Assembly: GCA_052426225.1 (NCBI GenBank)
Contig: JBNJNM010000008.1
Location: 1,364,001-1,428,000, forward strand
Direction: 5' to 3'
Length of the DNA stretch: 64,000 bases
Source: Zancudomyces culisetae HAW-14-8
Taxonomy: Eukaryota > Fungi > Kickxellomycota
A model generated the notes under the pieces. It was not told where the DNA came from. It saw only the letters and a program-made list of their open reading frames with translations, and made no database searches. Below are positions 38,573 to 51,622 of this stretch, in pieces. The first letter of the stretch is position 1; each line of letters starts with the position of its first letter. The position numbers were made by a program, and so were the translations under genes.

Positions 38573-41500
38573 ATGAAGGCTATTCCTGTACACATTGGTA
38601 AAGGGCTTAGTGACAAGGCGTATGACAAAAGAAAGCTTAGTGCAATCCAACTTGAAGAGTAAGAAATTTGAATATTGAATATATTTAATCTTTTGATATA
38701 TATTATTGGTGAAAAAACAACGAGCTAAACAAAATGACCAAAATGACCAGAATAACCAAAATCTACTTTTGTTATTTTGAACAGGTTAGTCAGAAGATAT
38801 AAAGAAAAGAATGATTCGGATACGATAACCAAGATTTTAGAGGAGTTGAATGTAGACTATAGGCACTCGGAGAAGGAGGCGGCAAGATCGGGTGGTGTTA
38901 TGGGTTTGGCTACCTGTGCAATAGCTTTGGGAAGCGATGATATTGGAGAGTATTTAATACAAATTCTGCCACCTATAGTGAGTACATTGACGGATCCAGA
39001 AAGTAGGGTGAGGTACTATGGGTGCGAGGCGCTGTATAATGTAGCAAAAGTAGGGCGAGGCAAAATATTGGTGTGGTTTAACGAAATACTAGATGGGTTG
39101 AGCAAAGTGATTACAGATCCATTTACCACGGTCAGAGAATCGGCTGAATATGTAGATAGGCTTGTGAAGGATATAGTGGCGGAAGAAGCATCGACCTGTG
39201 TAGTGAGAAAGAGGAGAAGAAAATCGGTGTTACTGGCGGAAACGATTGAAAAGCAAAGGAAGGAGGTTGAAGAAACATACGAGGATGAGGTGGAGAATGA
39301 AAATGCAAAAATATATGAACTTGAACAGCAAATGTTGAAGGAGCAAGCAGCGGAAAGAGAAAAGATGAAAATAAATGAGAGAGGAGAGACAAGAAAAGGT
39401 GGAGGTGAAGGCGAAGGCGAAGGTGAACGTGAACGTGAACGTGAACGTGAAGGGGGAGGGGGAGGGGAATGGGAAGGGGGGGAGGAGGAGGAAGTCGAAA
39501 GGAAAGGGGAGAGAGAGGGAGAAGAAGGTGAGGGAGAGGATGAGAACCAAAGCGAAGGCGAAGGCGAAAGTTATAGTGTAGAACCAAGTTTTTTACTGGA
39601 AAAAGTGGTACCACTACTAGGCGAAAAGATGTATACCTTTAAAGCGGCGACAAGGCTGTATTTAATTGAGTGGATTAGAATAATCGATAGTGTTCCAGGC
39701 CTTGATCTTATAAACTATCTACCAGAGTTTCTGGATCAGCTAGTTCGGTTTTTGAGCGATCCAAAGGAGGATGTCAGGTTAAAAGCCGGAAGCGCATTGG
39801 CAGAGTTGTTGAGGGAAGTAGAAGAGTGTGCAGGTGTGCAAGAGTTGATTGAGGAAGATAATAGAGAGGAAGGTAGGCAGGTAGAAGGGAGCAATGATGG
39901 AGGAGAGGCTAATGTAAATAGACCAATAGACTTTGCAACAGACGAGCTACGAAAGGCCGTGCGCAGAAAGAAGATTAGGGATGGAAGAAGAGAACTGGGG
40001 GCAATAGAGCCGATGAAAGTAAGCAAGAGTAAGACAGGCGAGGATAGAATGAAGGGGCGAGGCGTGAAGGTTGACTATGAAAGGTGTTTGGCAATTTTGA
40101 TTGTTCATTTGCAATCGAACGATCAAGAAATACTGGTCACAGCTCTTCGATGGGTCAGTTCATTTGGGTATATATGTCCACATCAATTGGTGGGTAAAAC
40201 ACCAGAGCTAGTTCATGCCTTGCTGCCTTTGCAATCGCATTCAAATAGTGGAATTCGAACCATGGCAAAACGAACAAACCACAGATTACAGGCTTTAGTG
40301 TGGGTGCAACAAGATGGTCCCCAGGCACAAGAAGGCCAGAGTGCATTTAAAGCTAGTGATGGGAACGGTGCTGGGAGTAATAAAGGTAGTGATGATAAGG
40401 TTAAAGTTCAAACTAAAGATGAACAGCCATCCTTTAACTATGAAAAAGTGTTTACGGTGGTGGAATTGTTGTTTGCAAACAATGCTCACGAAACAACGAA
40501 AATTGAGTGTATGGTGTGGCTCCTTTTGCTGCACAAAAAAAGACCCGAAAAAATTCTAACAAACAGCAGGAGTGGGTTTCAGTTTCTACTAAGAGTATTG
40601 AATGATCCTTCAGATCATGTGGCAAAGCTTGATTTGAGACTGTTTGCACAGATTGCGCTTCACTTAGAACAACAGCAGAATAAACAGCCGTCGTTGATGT
40701 TTTTAATTGATCTTGTGTACAACCTGCTATTGCTGGACGAAAGCAATGCTAATGATATCACCAATGTTAAAGGTAAGGGCAGCAGTGGTAACAATCGAAG
40801 CAAAGTTAATAGTGTATATGCCCTAGAATTCTCTGAGAATTCTGCTGATTTTCAAAACTCGAGATTTTCGCTTATTGTACGCCAACTTTGCATTGTCTTG
40901 CCTCCTGAAAAGGTATATCGTGTGTTTTCTGCTGTTTTGCGTTGTAAACTTGATTCGCTTTTGCCGCATTTATCGAGCTACAATAAGGTTGAAACAGGCA
41001 AGGATGGTGGAATCTACAGGGAACTTCATAAGACTATCGATAGTGAAAATATTGTGAGCGGAAACCATATTCTTTCTTTCGAAACCCCAAATATACCATC
41101 TGATAGTAACCTCGCACCTTACATTTTGCTCATTCGCCATTTGACATTGATTTTGGCATGTGCTCCTGAAACACTATCCTTACGCTTACTTTTGCAGCCA
41201 AACACCAACAATCCAACCTCGAAAGGTTCAAATATTTCTTCTACTCAACCACCATCAATCGCTACACTTGCGAGAAACTCAGCCTCTCCCGTTTCTCTGT
41301 TTTCCAACTTTTCAAGAAAATCACCCAATCTCTATGGACCTTTTGATATATCTCCAAGCGTTCCCACTGGTTTTTTGGATTTTAATTTGACCTTGGGAAA
41401 TACAAACGATCTCGATGGTTTTAAAAAAAGAAGTCTGGCGATGGTTTACTCCAACTCCTTTTTTGAATCCTTGTTTTGTGGTTTCATTGCCGATCCATTT

Positions 41501-41887
41501 TCGTTGCTTACCATTTGTTTTTTATCCAATAATTTTAAACTCTCCCATCACATAATCAACAAAACCATTTCCTCAGGATACTCAAACAACTCTGACTTTT
41601 TGGCGCAGCTCGATATCTTGGTAACTTTGATAGAATCACCGTCATTTGCATTCCTGAGGCTTCTTTTGGTTTCAAACCCCAACACCTTTTTGCTCGAGTC
41701 TTTGTTTGGGATTTTGATGTTGCTTCCCCAATCCCCAGCCTTTGCGACTCTTAGAAACCGTCTATCTGTTGTTTCCTTGCTTCCCAAGACTGATCCCAAC
41801 TCCGGAACAAATATTAGCAACTCGGACTCTCAGCTGCGTCTTTCCTCGCTTTTTGATCACGTTGTGGATTCTCTTTTAAATATGTGA
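38573..41887 (+). CDS. VAC14: Vac14 (PI(3,5)P2 regulatory scaffold), 2 exons
   Basis: Exon 1 GLSDKAYDKRK. HEAT motifs RSGGVMGLA, DPESRVRYYGCEALYNVAKV, LINYLPEFLDQL; C-terminal QLDILVTLIESPSFAFLRL...LFGILMLLPQSPAFATLRNRL. Confidence 0.95.
39400..39570 (+). repeat. Purine-rich coding low-complexity tract inside VAC14 (GAAGGC and GAACGT hexamers, G runs)
   Basis: Encodes GGGEGEGEGEREREREREGGGGG...EGEGE. Confidence 0.9.
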
Positions 41888-43198
41888 CTGCCTCTCATTA
41901 GCTGATTTTTTTTGTCTTTATAAAACGTGCTTTTTTAGTTTCATCTCTTTTTTCTCCCGGTTTTTTTCTTACCACCAAAGTATTTTGTAATTTCTAACCA
42001 ACTGCGCTGATGTTATCGTTCAAGCCATCGTGTGTTAAGCAATTCCGCATAATTAAACCACATCCTGTGTAATAGCCGCATTGCGGTCCTTCCTCACATC
42101 TAGCTTTATGGTCAAACCTCTTTTTTCTTTTTTCTCATCTTTTTTTTTTGCTAATTTCTATTGGTGGTTAATTGCGGTCGTGTCGTTTGCTTTCCTCTTA
42201 CATAAAGTTCGATGTTTGAAAATCAGCGTGTTCTCTTCTTTTTTTTTCAGCCACTCGTAATTGTATCATTACCAATTCATCCCCTCTTTCTGGCTTCAGA
42301 TATTTGAACTGCTTTGTTTTATGTTATGTAATTCACACTGAATTGTGATTTTACAAAATGTTTGCAACAATAATCGCAGTCTTTGTGTATCTTTGCTTAG
42401 ATGCACTTTAGCTTATTTGTTCCTATTGTTCCCCAATATCATATTTTTTGATCTTTGCGATGTATTAGTGTAAATCACCTTTTTGTTTTTCCAAATAATT
42501 CACATAACTGAAAATGTGACAAATTCGCTTTTGTGGCTAACTGGTATTCACATGTTAATTTGATTCGAACTGTGGTTCTGAGTTTTAATCCAGACTCCAA
42601 TTGTGCTTCGATTCTAGCTTGCTTTCTTTTACTGATTCGTTTTTGAGCAAGAATATTTAGTTGTGAAAATCCTTTTTTTTCAACGTCTATATTATTGTAT
42701 GACCAATTTTACCATTTTTAACAAGTAATATATTATCTAATAAATGTTTTCATCTTTACCATTCTACCTACAACTAAACAGAACAAATGTTCACAAGGTT
42801 ATAAGCATATCGATGTGTTAGTTTGATCACATACACTTTTTTTTACTCTATCACGTTATCATACTTGAATCAATCTACCCCTTCTCTTCCTTCATCTTCA
42901 TCTCCTCATCCTCATCTTCCTTCACTTCTATCTCTATTCTCCAATCTCTTAACTCTGTGTCTTTGTGTTTTGAAGAAAACTTGATAATGTACAGCATTAT
43001 TACACAGCGGAAATAAAGAATTATGCTTACTAATTATGTTTGCTGTTCGGTCTAACTATCACTTCATTTCGTATATAAACCCACACATATCTCGACAGTT
43101 CTAAACTTTCCTCAAGCTAGAAAAACAATCGTATCTTGTTTTAAAGATAATTTATTTAGTAATTGCAAAAGAGAACCACTTTTAGGAATTGAAATAAG

Positions 43199-44788
43199 AT
43201 GTTGGGCTCGCTTAATCGTTCAATCCTGCCGGCTCTGCTCTTGTCATCTGCCGCGTATGCACTTACAAAGCGAAGTGATGGTGATGTGGGGTTCGATGAA
43301 TGGGTTGATACCCAGTACAAAGCAGCTGTTACTAGACTCAACTCCAACCTTCACGTGTATGAGAGCGAACCTGACGTATTCAAGGGGGCAATGGTTGCAT
43401 CACCTTCAAAGAAGAATCCTGATTACTTTTACCACTGGACCAGAGACAGTGCGTTGACAATGTCGTGCGTCGTTGACTACATCAAGGACACAGCTAACGC
43501 TGGCTACAACACCTGCAATGATCCGTATTCTGTTGGAAAGACTGCAAATGACTTTGATGAATTTATCAACTACTACATCAACTTTACAAACTTCCTTGTC
43601 AAGTACAGAAGACATCCCGTTAGTGATTTGGGTGAACCAAAGTTCTACATGAACGGCACTTTGTTCCTCGACCCGTGGGGTCGTCCACAAAATGATGGTC
43701 CTGCTGAAAGATCTATTACAAACATCCAGTATTTTAATTTGCTGATGTCTACCAACAATTTTAGAAGCCAGCAAGTCGATGGTGTTGATTTCCTCAACAA
43801 CGTTTTGATGTGTGATTCATGTGTTTTGACACAAGATCTGAAATACTTGGAAGCCAACTACACTCAGCCAAACTTTGATGTCTGGGAAGAAGTATCTGGA
43901 ACACATTTCTATAACATGATAGCCACTTCCAAGGCATTCAAGCTGGCATCACAACTATATGATGAGGTTTATGATAACCAAGCCATGGCCAGTAAATATG
44001 AAATTTTATACCGCAAAACTTTAGATTTCGCCTCAACTGGTTTCTGGAACAGCACTTCTCAAATACTTATGTCTACAATCGATTACAAGGAGGGTGTATA
44101 CAAAACGTACGATTTCCTTGATGCCACAGTTGTCTTGGCTTGGATACATACCTTTGAAGATGGCGATTTCTTTATCAAGAGTAACGACATGCTATCTAAA
44201 ACTCTACAAACTGTCAAAAGACTCATAGAGGTGAACAGTGAAATTTACACCGTCAACGACCCAAGCTTCGGCGCTCCAGGTATTGCTATTGGTAGATATC
44301 CCAGTGATAAGTACAACGGTTACGATAGTTTCACCTTGGGTAACCCATGGCTATTGCTTACTAGCGGTGTTGGTGAATTCTTCTACAAGCTTTCTATCTC
44401 TGCTGAAACCAGGGGCAAGTTTATCTACAACAGTCAAATGCGTGACTTTTTGCTTTTCAGTCACAACTTGCTGCAGGCCGGTTCACATGACAAAGTAATC
44501 TCATCGGATCTGCTCAAATTTATCAATGCACCATGTGACAAGACTACTATATTATACCAATCTAAACACTCAGAGATCTTCAATGGTATCCAATCCCTAC
44601 TCGCCAAAACAGGTGACTTCTTCCTCAAGAGAGTGCAGTTCCATTCTTTGCCAGATGGCTCGATGGCTGAACAATTCAACAGAGAAACCGGAAAACAGCA
44701 AGGTGCTCCCGACCTCACATGGAGCTATGCCGCATTCATGACTGCAGTTAATGCTAGATCAAGGGCCCTCGCAGCTATACAAAATTAA
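43199..44788 (+). CDS. Secreted glucoamylase (GH15), catalytic domain only
   Basis: Signal peptide plus KR site; ASPSKKNPDYFYHWTRDSAL, LGEPKFY, WGRPQNDGPA, FDVWEE (catalytic acid), GRYPSDKY, GNPW, AEQFNR (catalytic base), LTWSYAA. Confidence 0.95.
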   Translation: MLGSLNRSILPALLLSSAAYALTKRSDGDVGFDEWVDTQYKAAVTRLNSNLHVYESEPDVFKGAMVASPSKKNPDYFYHWTRDSALTMSCVVDYIKDTANAGYNTCNDPYSVGKTANDFDEFINYYINFTNFLVKYRRHPVSDLGEPKFYMNGTLFLDPWGRPQNDGPAERSITNIQYFNLLMSTNNFRSQQVDGVDFLNNVLMCDSCVLTQDLKYLEANYTQPNFDVWEEVSGTHFYNMIATSKAFKLASQLYDEVYDNQAMASKYEILYRKTLDFASTGFWNSTSQILMSTIDYKEGVYKTYDFLDATVVLAWIHTFEDGDFFIKSNDMLSKTLQTVKRLIEVNSEIYTVNDPSFGAPGIAIGRYPSDKYNGYDSFTLGNPWLLLTSGVGEFFYKLSISAETRGKFIYNSQMRDFLLFSHNLLQAGSHDKVISSDLLKFINAPCDKTTILYQSKHSEIFNGIQSLLAKTGDFFLKRVQFHSLPDGSMAEQFNRETGKQQGAPDLTWSYAAFMTAVNARSRALAAIQN

Positions 44789-46201
44789 ATTTGCTAGTTT
44801 GATTTCTGGTACTTAGCCTTTATTATTTTTTTTGCTTCCTGCATTTTTCTTCTGGATCTCATGCTTTGGTAAATAAATAAGCGTGTCTGAGAATTGTTTT
44901 TTTCGCTTAACACATCGAAAAGCCAGTAAGCATTGAATAGAACAGCAAAATATACAGTAAACCATGTCAAATGTTCATTCATCTTGGCATGATACCTGTC
45001 TATTTGGCACATTTACTTGTTCTGCACCTTGTGTAAGGATAAATGTTACTTGAATGTACAGTACCAACGCCACAATTTTTTTCGGATGTTCAAATTAATT
45101 TACAGAAATGCGGGCACTAGAGCTATGTGTCACTTTACAAAATATAATAGGCAGGTTTTATTTAATTTATTCATCCTACAAAAAAAAAAATTATATTCCA
45201 TTGCTGTATGGTGTAGTTATATCAGAGAAATCATGTGCCGTCCAGTGCATGTTGATTAATAAGATAATTAATATTGTATTAGCTGTGATAACATTTGCTA
45301 TGGTTATTGCAAATAAAATATGCAAGTGACTTTAGGGCGGAGGGAGATCATAGTAGATCTAAAGCCGAAAAACCTTAGCAAAAAAATAAATCGGCGTACT
45401 AAAAGCTGAAAACGCCAGAGGATTATACCCGTTAAAAGTTCTCATTTGGACATGAGGGCGGCAGAATTGGCCTGTTCTTGGCAATTATAGCCGCCAATCG
45501 TGCATTGTTTTGAAATTGAGTCTGTGTATATTCTCAAAATATTATCGTCTTATGGGAATGCTATTTTTTTTCTTTAGAACACCGCTTCTATACTAAATTA
45601 CTAAGCCAAAAAATTTTTTACCATTCTACTCTCTACTCTCTTACTCTCTACCCAACATCCCATCACAAAAAAAAACCATGAACGAAACTGTGCATAAATC
45701 ACAAGTAATAATAATATAATGCAAAAAAAAAAGCTTGTGGCGAATAAAAATAGCTGAAAAAGAGTCTAATTTTGCCTACTTGCCTTTTACCTATTGCTAT
45801 TTCACAGCCCCACTTTTCCCCTCCCTAGAAAAAAAAAACAAATTTGAATACACGCAAACTTGGCAGCTTTCATAAAATTAGCTAATACCCTGATTACCCA
45901 ACAAAAAACGCAATGAACTATTTGAAATGATTATTAGTATCGCCAAATAAACTGTTCAACTCAACCAAATCTTGTTTTAGATTTATATTCTTTTTTATGG
46001 GGTATATTGAGCATTTATATTTGAACTAAATCCACCATTTTAAGGTCAACGTTCTTGTCAATTACATTCAAGTATTCAAAATATTTATATTTATATTTAT
46101 ATATATTGCCATCCAAAAGGCTGTATCGGAAAGAAAATTTTAAATATAATTTGAACCGGAACTGGAAACGGAAACAAAAGGAGACATCATCAAGTGTAAA
46201 T

Positions 46202-46603
46202 ATGGACTGTCTAAGCTTGATAGCAAATATCATTTGGATAATTTTTGGAGGATGGTTTTACGCACTTGTATACTTCCTCGGAGGTATATTGTTTATGATT
46301 ACAATTATTGGTATACCCTTCGGTATTTCACTGATAAGGCTGGCAAGGGTAGCATTTCTGCCTTTTGGAACAAGGATAGAGCTGGAAAGTGTTACGGGAT
46401 GTAAAATACTATTCAACATATTGTGGCTGGTGCTGCTAGGTTGGGAACTTGCTCTTGCACATATTACGACGGGTGTACTCTTTGCAATTACCATCATAGG
46501 AATTCCGTTTGCATACGAAAACTTCAAGCTGGCGCGTGTTGCGCTTTGGCCACTGGGAAGCGTTATAATAAATGAAAGCAGCATAAGAGGCAGTAGTGCC
46601 TAA
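46202..46603 (+). CDS. yccF: Stand-alone YccF-family inner-membrane protein (two YccF repeats)
   Basis: Two internal repeats, NIIWIIFGGW...ITIIGIPFG...LARVAFLPFG and NILWLVLLGWELALAH...ITIIGIPFA...LARVALWPLG. 133 aa from the ATG at 46202, intronless. Confidence 0.9.
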   Translation: MDCLSLIANIIWIIFGGWFYALVYFLGGILFMITIIGIPFGISLIRLARVAFLPFGTRIELESVTGCKILFNILWLVLLGWELALAHITTGVLFAITIIGIPFAYENFKLARVALWPLGSVIINESSIRGSSA

Positions 46604-47059
46604 TTCACAACAAAAGAGTAGGTGTGGTATTATAACTGAGGGTGCTTTACTGTAACAACGCTCTCAATTTCCACCATTCTAGTTGTGACTTGAGCAATTG
46701 TTAATATAATTATCACTACTATTAATTTGATGTTTTATTATTATTGCGTCGGTTCTACTTTTTTGTTTATAAGGTACTATCATTATGATTAGGGAACCAA
46801 GCTGCCACGTTGTAAATGCCAATAGTGTGTAGTAGATTCCTTTTTTTTAAAAAAAAAATGAAATAGTAGTAATAAAAAATAAAAATAAAAAAACGTTAAT
46901 GCATAGTTCAATTATAAATACAGTTTAGAATTTAGAATGTTGGTGTAACCCCAATATTAGAATGTGGGTATGTTACTCCGACATTTAAACAAGGGAAAAG
47001 TACATCTAAAAAATCAAGTACATATAATGCAATATAAAAACCTATGTTGGCTAATAGTC

Positions 47060-49652
47060 CTATCGTTCCTTAGTTAGGTATAAGGCTCTTGTGCAGCTAG
47101 TGTTCTTTAGTAGAAGCTTAAAGGTGGATTGTAGAGATAGCGAGTTGAATATGGACGAGAGAGTGAGTGATAGAGAGGGTGGAATGCGCTCAGAAAAGGT
47201 ACGAATGGAACCAGGTGGCGCAAGACAAAGATCCGAGAGAAGGTCAAGCATGAGAGCTCTAAACATCGAGTATTGCAGATAATCGTCAGGGTAGGAAACG
47301 TTGCAACTGAAATGAAGAAAAGAGGAAAGGTCAGAGTTTGAGGAGAGGCTTTCTATGTACTGTGTATCAGGTATATCGATAGAATTATCGGATGTGTCGA
47401 TTGTTTGTAAATGGTAAAAAAATAAGTAACCATTGGAACTGATGTCGTTAAAGAAGTGGTAGAAACGTGCAAGATCAAAGTCGGTGTCGATAGTTGAACA
47501 AGATGAAATCCGGTCGTTTTTAGCACCCAAGTCGTCAAAGCGAATTAGCTCTGGATGTAGCGTTTGTGGTATATGTTCAAAAATAGCAGAAGATGCTGGA
47601 CCACCACCATCACCAGTGTTGTTCTTGATTGTGCATCCGTTCGTAACACCACCGTCCTTAGAAATATTTATCGCCGCATCATGCTCGCCAAAAGTCCGTA
47701 GTTCAGACAGCGTGACGTAATCTGAATTCAATCTTGTAGAAGTCTCTGGGTGATCCCCATTAGAGAAATTCGGAGATAAGGCGGAGTTTGGATTCAATAC
47801 CGACTTTAAAAAAAGAGGTAGTGTTGCACCATTGCTCCCATCGCCGTCTGCACACTCTTGTACCTCTGTGGCTGTGGCCTGAGCTTCATCAACTGTCCTT
47901 AAGCACGTTTTTTCGGGATTTCCATTTGTATATTCGGTGCATAAGCAGTTCGGACTGTTGCAATAGTTTTTTAATCGCAAGTTATACGAAATGTAATGAC
48001 CAGAATTCGCACTGTCTCCCTTGTGACAAACTACAGATCTTAAAACCAACCTGTATGAGTATGTGCTTGGTTTTTTGGTCTTGGATGTGATGTCTGAAGT
48101 TGCTGAATTTTGGCTATGGTCTAAATTATCAGATTCTTTATTATATGTGTATTCTCTAGATTCCTTTTCTAGAATACTCTCGCATTTGCTATCGTTATCT
48201 CTATCATTTCTATCCTTATTAGCACTGAGCTTTTGGGATTGCTTTGGAGTCTCAACTTTGTTTATCTCTACATTCGTGTTTGATACGCTCGTCGTATTAG
48301 TTGTACGTACATTGTATTCATCAGAGTTTCTGTACTTTGGCTCAGGCTCTGTAAGCTGTTTGACTAATCGAGTTATGTCAATACATAATGGTGCAGCAAC
48401 CTTGCTGTTTACCCTTTGGATGTTTCCATAGTCGTCACTTTTATACCGTTTCAGCATGACTGGAAATACCAACCGTTCGTCGGGGTATTCGTCCCGAGTT
48501 GCGGCTGTTCTGATTCCCAACTCACTCTCTGCGACATAGTAAGGGAGAATTTCGAGAAATGACCACCCATTAGTTCTGATTTTGGCCTTACAATCCGACT
48601 CGGTTTGCCGCTCTATTTGCTCCACCATATTGTCTAGAAAGTACCTTTCAACAAGATCCTGCATGTATACTTCGTCTTTGGATTCATCAGAATTTTCCGT
48701 TGAGCTGGCTGAGCTAGCTGGTCCAGCCGCTTCTTGCTGTTGGCCTTCTTGGCTGCTATCATTATCTATTGTTACCGGTAACTCCATCATCCTCTGGGTA
48801 ACAACTTTTTCATCACTCGTTTCTTGCTTTCCGCCATGGAATATAGTAACATCTAAAGGCAAGAACGGCAACTCCAAAATTTCTGTCATAAACATATATA
48901 GTTCACACACATCCTGTTGGTTTTCTATATCATCTCTCTGCCACCCACAATCATACATCTTTCTTCGCAATACCTTTACTTTTCGCTTATCTATCAAGTT
49001 TCCTTTTCTCAGGTTGTTGATTATAAACCGAAGGTATATCTTCAGTTCATTTCCTGTGTTTGTTCGCAATTTTCTTTTGCTTAACATTCCGTCGTACCCA
49101 TTCCAGTAACCAAACATTGATACAAGCAGTGAATCGATATAACATGTTGTCGCTCTTAAGTTTTCGAATCCTTGTAGTATTACCCTATCATCTACTGGGT
49201 ATAGTTCCCCGATATAGCTATCGTAGTATATCCTAAACTGCTCTACATCTTCGGGTTCTGTTTTTAAAAACTTTTCTGCAATCTGCTCCAGTTTTTGTAT
49301 GCTATCCGAAATATTAGACTCGCCTATTACTGGGATACATGTATACATTTGTTCGCTTGATTTTTCTGTGTTTCATAAATCAATACCCCTTCTCCTCCCC
49401 CTCCCTCCCCTACATCCTAAAATGCTTAGAATGAATAGGTTTGTAAATAAACTGATAAAACTTACACTTATCGCATTTAAGTTTTAACAACTTGTCGAGT
49501 ACTCGATCCTTGCCCCCTATTCCGTCTCTTTTGACACTTCTACTTCGTTTTCTTTCAATACTAGACCTTTTGCGCTCGCGGATTTTTTTGAGCTGGCGTT
49601 TCAGTACAATTCCAGTTTTGATGATATTATCTAGTTTTCCGGGTTTTGGCAT
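47060..49652 (-). CDS. Ubiquitin-specific protease (peptidase C19, CYLD-like fungal type), 2 coding exons
   Basis: Cys box GFENLRATTCYIDSLL, QQDVCE, His box RSVVCHKGDSANSGHYISY, FDD and GYLFFY. The upstream exon MPKPGKLD... splices in phase 1. Confidence 0.85.
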
Positions 49653-50690
49653 TGGTACTACTGGAATAATTCTATTACGTTTTAATATTAGTGATGATAA
49701 TATTATAGTTATGTATTCAGTTTATTTGTTCTTTTTTCATTTTTCTTCTTTGACTTTGGTATTATTAGAAAAGTACTTGAGAGACTTACATTTTAAATAG
49801 TGGGATAATATATTATCGCTTCGTTATTTATTCTTTTTTAAGAAAGAATTCGTATTATAAGAACAGTGAGGTTAAAAAGGATACAAGATATTATGTTTTG
49901 ATGAATAATGTATATGTTTTAGTCGTTTAGCCTTTCACAATCCATTCTATAGTCCTTTTCCTTTTTAGACTTGTATTTTAGTTTGTTTTTTTTTTCTCTC
50001 TATTTTTTGGGAGTGGAAGGGGGGGTGATGGTTGTTTTATGTTTGTATTCAAAAAATAGGCAAGGTTAAGAAAGAAGAAAAGTGAAAATAATAAGATAGA
50101 AAAAAGAGATAAAAAGGGAAAGATGGAGATAGATTCCCACGAATTTGTTAAAATGAAAAAAAGCTAAAAAAAACAATGTTCACGTGCAACTAACTAGTAA
50201 GGACCTCTAGTTTCTATTTTAATTCTAGTCCATAAAGCTGCAAATAAAAAAAATAACAACAAATAGTGAGATTTAAAATAATAAAAGGATCTTTTGCATT
50301 AATTAGTTGTTGAACGATTTGTTTTTGTTTCAACAAAAACTTATAAATCAAGCTAGTAGAAAACTTTATGTTCGCTTGGCATGACCAACACCAATTTGCA
50401 TGATATGCTTGGTAAAGAAATACATTAAAAATGCCAATTTTGATTTTTTTTATTTTATTTTGTATTCGGAGTAAAGAATGTATAATAAGAACTAGAGCCA
50501 AGGGGGGAAGTTTTTTTGTTTCCATTGGGGGGGGGGGTTTAGATTCGTATCTTTTCACCTGGTTCTTTTTTAAAAAAAACTCGAATGAAGCAAAGTATAT
50601 TGCTAAAAGAAAAGGCTTGTAGTAATAAAGAAGCAGAAAAAAAAAGCCTCTTTATACTACTTTTTTAAAGCAGCTTTTACTCGAGAATTG

Positions 50691-50745
50691 GATGTGATGT
50701 GATGTGATGTGATGTGATGTGATGTGATGTGATGTGATGTGATGT
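50691..50745 (+). repeat. (GATGT)11 microsatellite
   Basis: 55-nt perfect pentamer run. Confidence 0.97.
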
Positions 50746-51622
50746 GAGGTAATGTGACCAAACACTGCAATAAAACAGCATTAACAAAAAAAAAGAAAAA
50801 ATAAGAAAAAGAGAATATCCTTTTAAAACACAGTCATACTTTATGCAGAATATACCAAAGAACAGAGGAGTGAGTGTGAGTGTGAAGTGAAGGAAAATGA
50901 AATGAAAATCCTGTAAAAGCGACTTGTATCTGACCAACCCCTTTTCCACTGCCTCCTCCTTTTTGAATTTCCTCTTTTTCTATCTCTTTATTGTTTAATA
51001 GCCTCAAACTAAAATATCCAATACTAAATACCCAATATCCAATACCCCAGGGGAGGGGGTATAATCCATGACCAAAGTAAGGAGAAAAAAAAAATTTCAG
51101 TGAAATGGTACAACGAAAATCTTGCCATGACACTTATGTCCGGTTGTACCAAGTTTTTGATGGAAAATGGAAAATGGAATAGTGATGTCGGTGTTATTAT
51201 TGATGGATACCTGTTATAAAAAAAATTAAAAAAGTAGTCAGTGAGCTCCCGCCCAGTCTTGTATCTCATTTACAGCGAAATACACATCTATTGTTTAGCA
51301 AAGTTTTTTTTTGTTTTGGTTTATAAGGGTTAATTGATCATGTATATGAACCAGATGGAGCTAATAAATAGCAGGATGGGGAAATAGGGATAAAAGAGAA
51401 AGAGTTTCTATTCTGTACAAAGGGTTTAAAGGATTTTATTATGTTTTAGCTGTAGATATAAAAAACAAATAAAATATAATATAAAAATAAATTGAAAAAA
51501 ATAAAACGTAAATATAAATAAAAAAATTTTTAATTACAAGAAAAATTGATATTTAAAAATATATATAATAACGACTGAAAAAGAAAGAAAGAAAAAAAGT
51601 TGGAAGGGAAGTAGGGAGAAAA

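Noticed and set aside
45778-45800. GCCTTTTAC, the U5 snRNA loop I sequence
   Set aside because: The flanks do not form the closing stem, and no Sm site follows at the expected distance.
46055-46201. N-terminal extension of the yccF ORF from a TTG start
   Set aside because: AT-rich low-complexity promoter or UTR sequence; homology starts at the ATG at 46202.
49800-51600. Short ORFs in the AT-rich spacers (also 1-4900, 25800-26200, 30500-31500 and 55800-57130)
   Set aside because: F/L/I/K-rich translations of homopolymer and microsatellite DNA with no motifs; no transposase, reverse transcriptase or terminal repeats seen.
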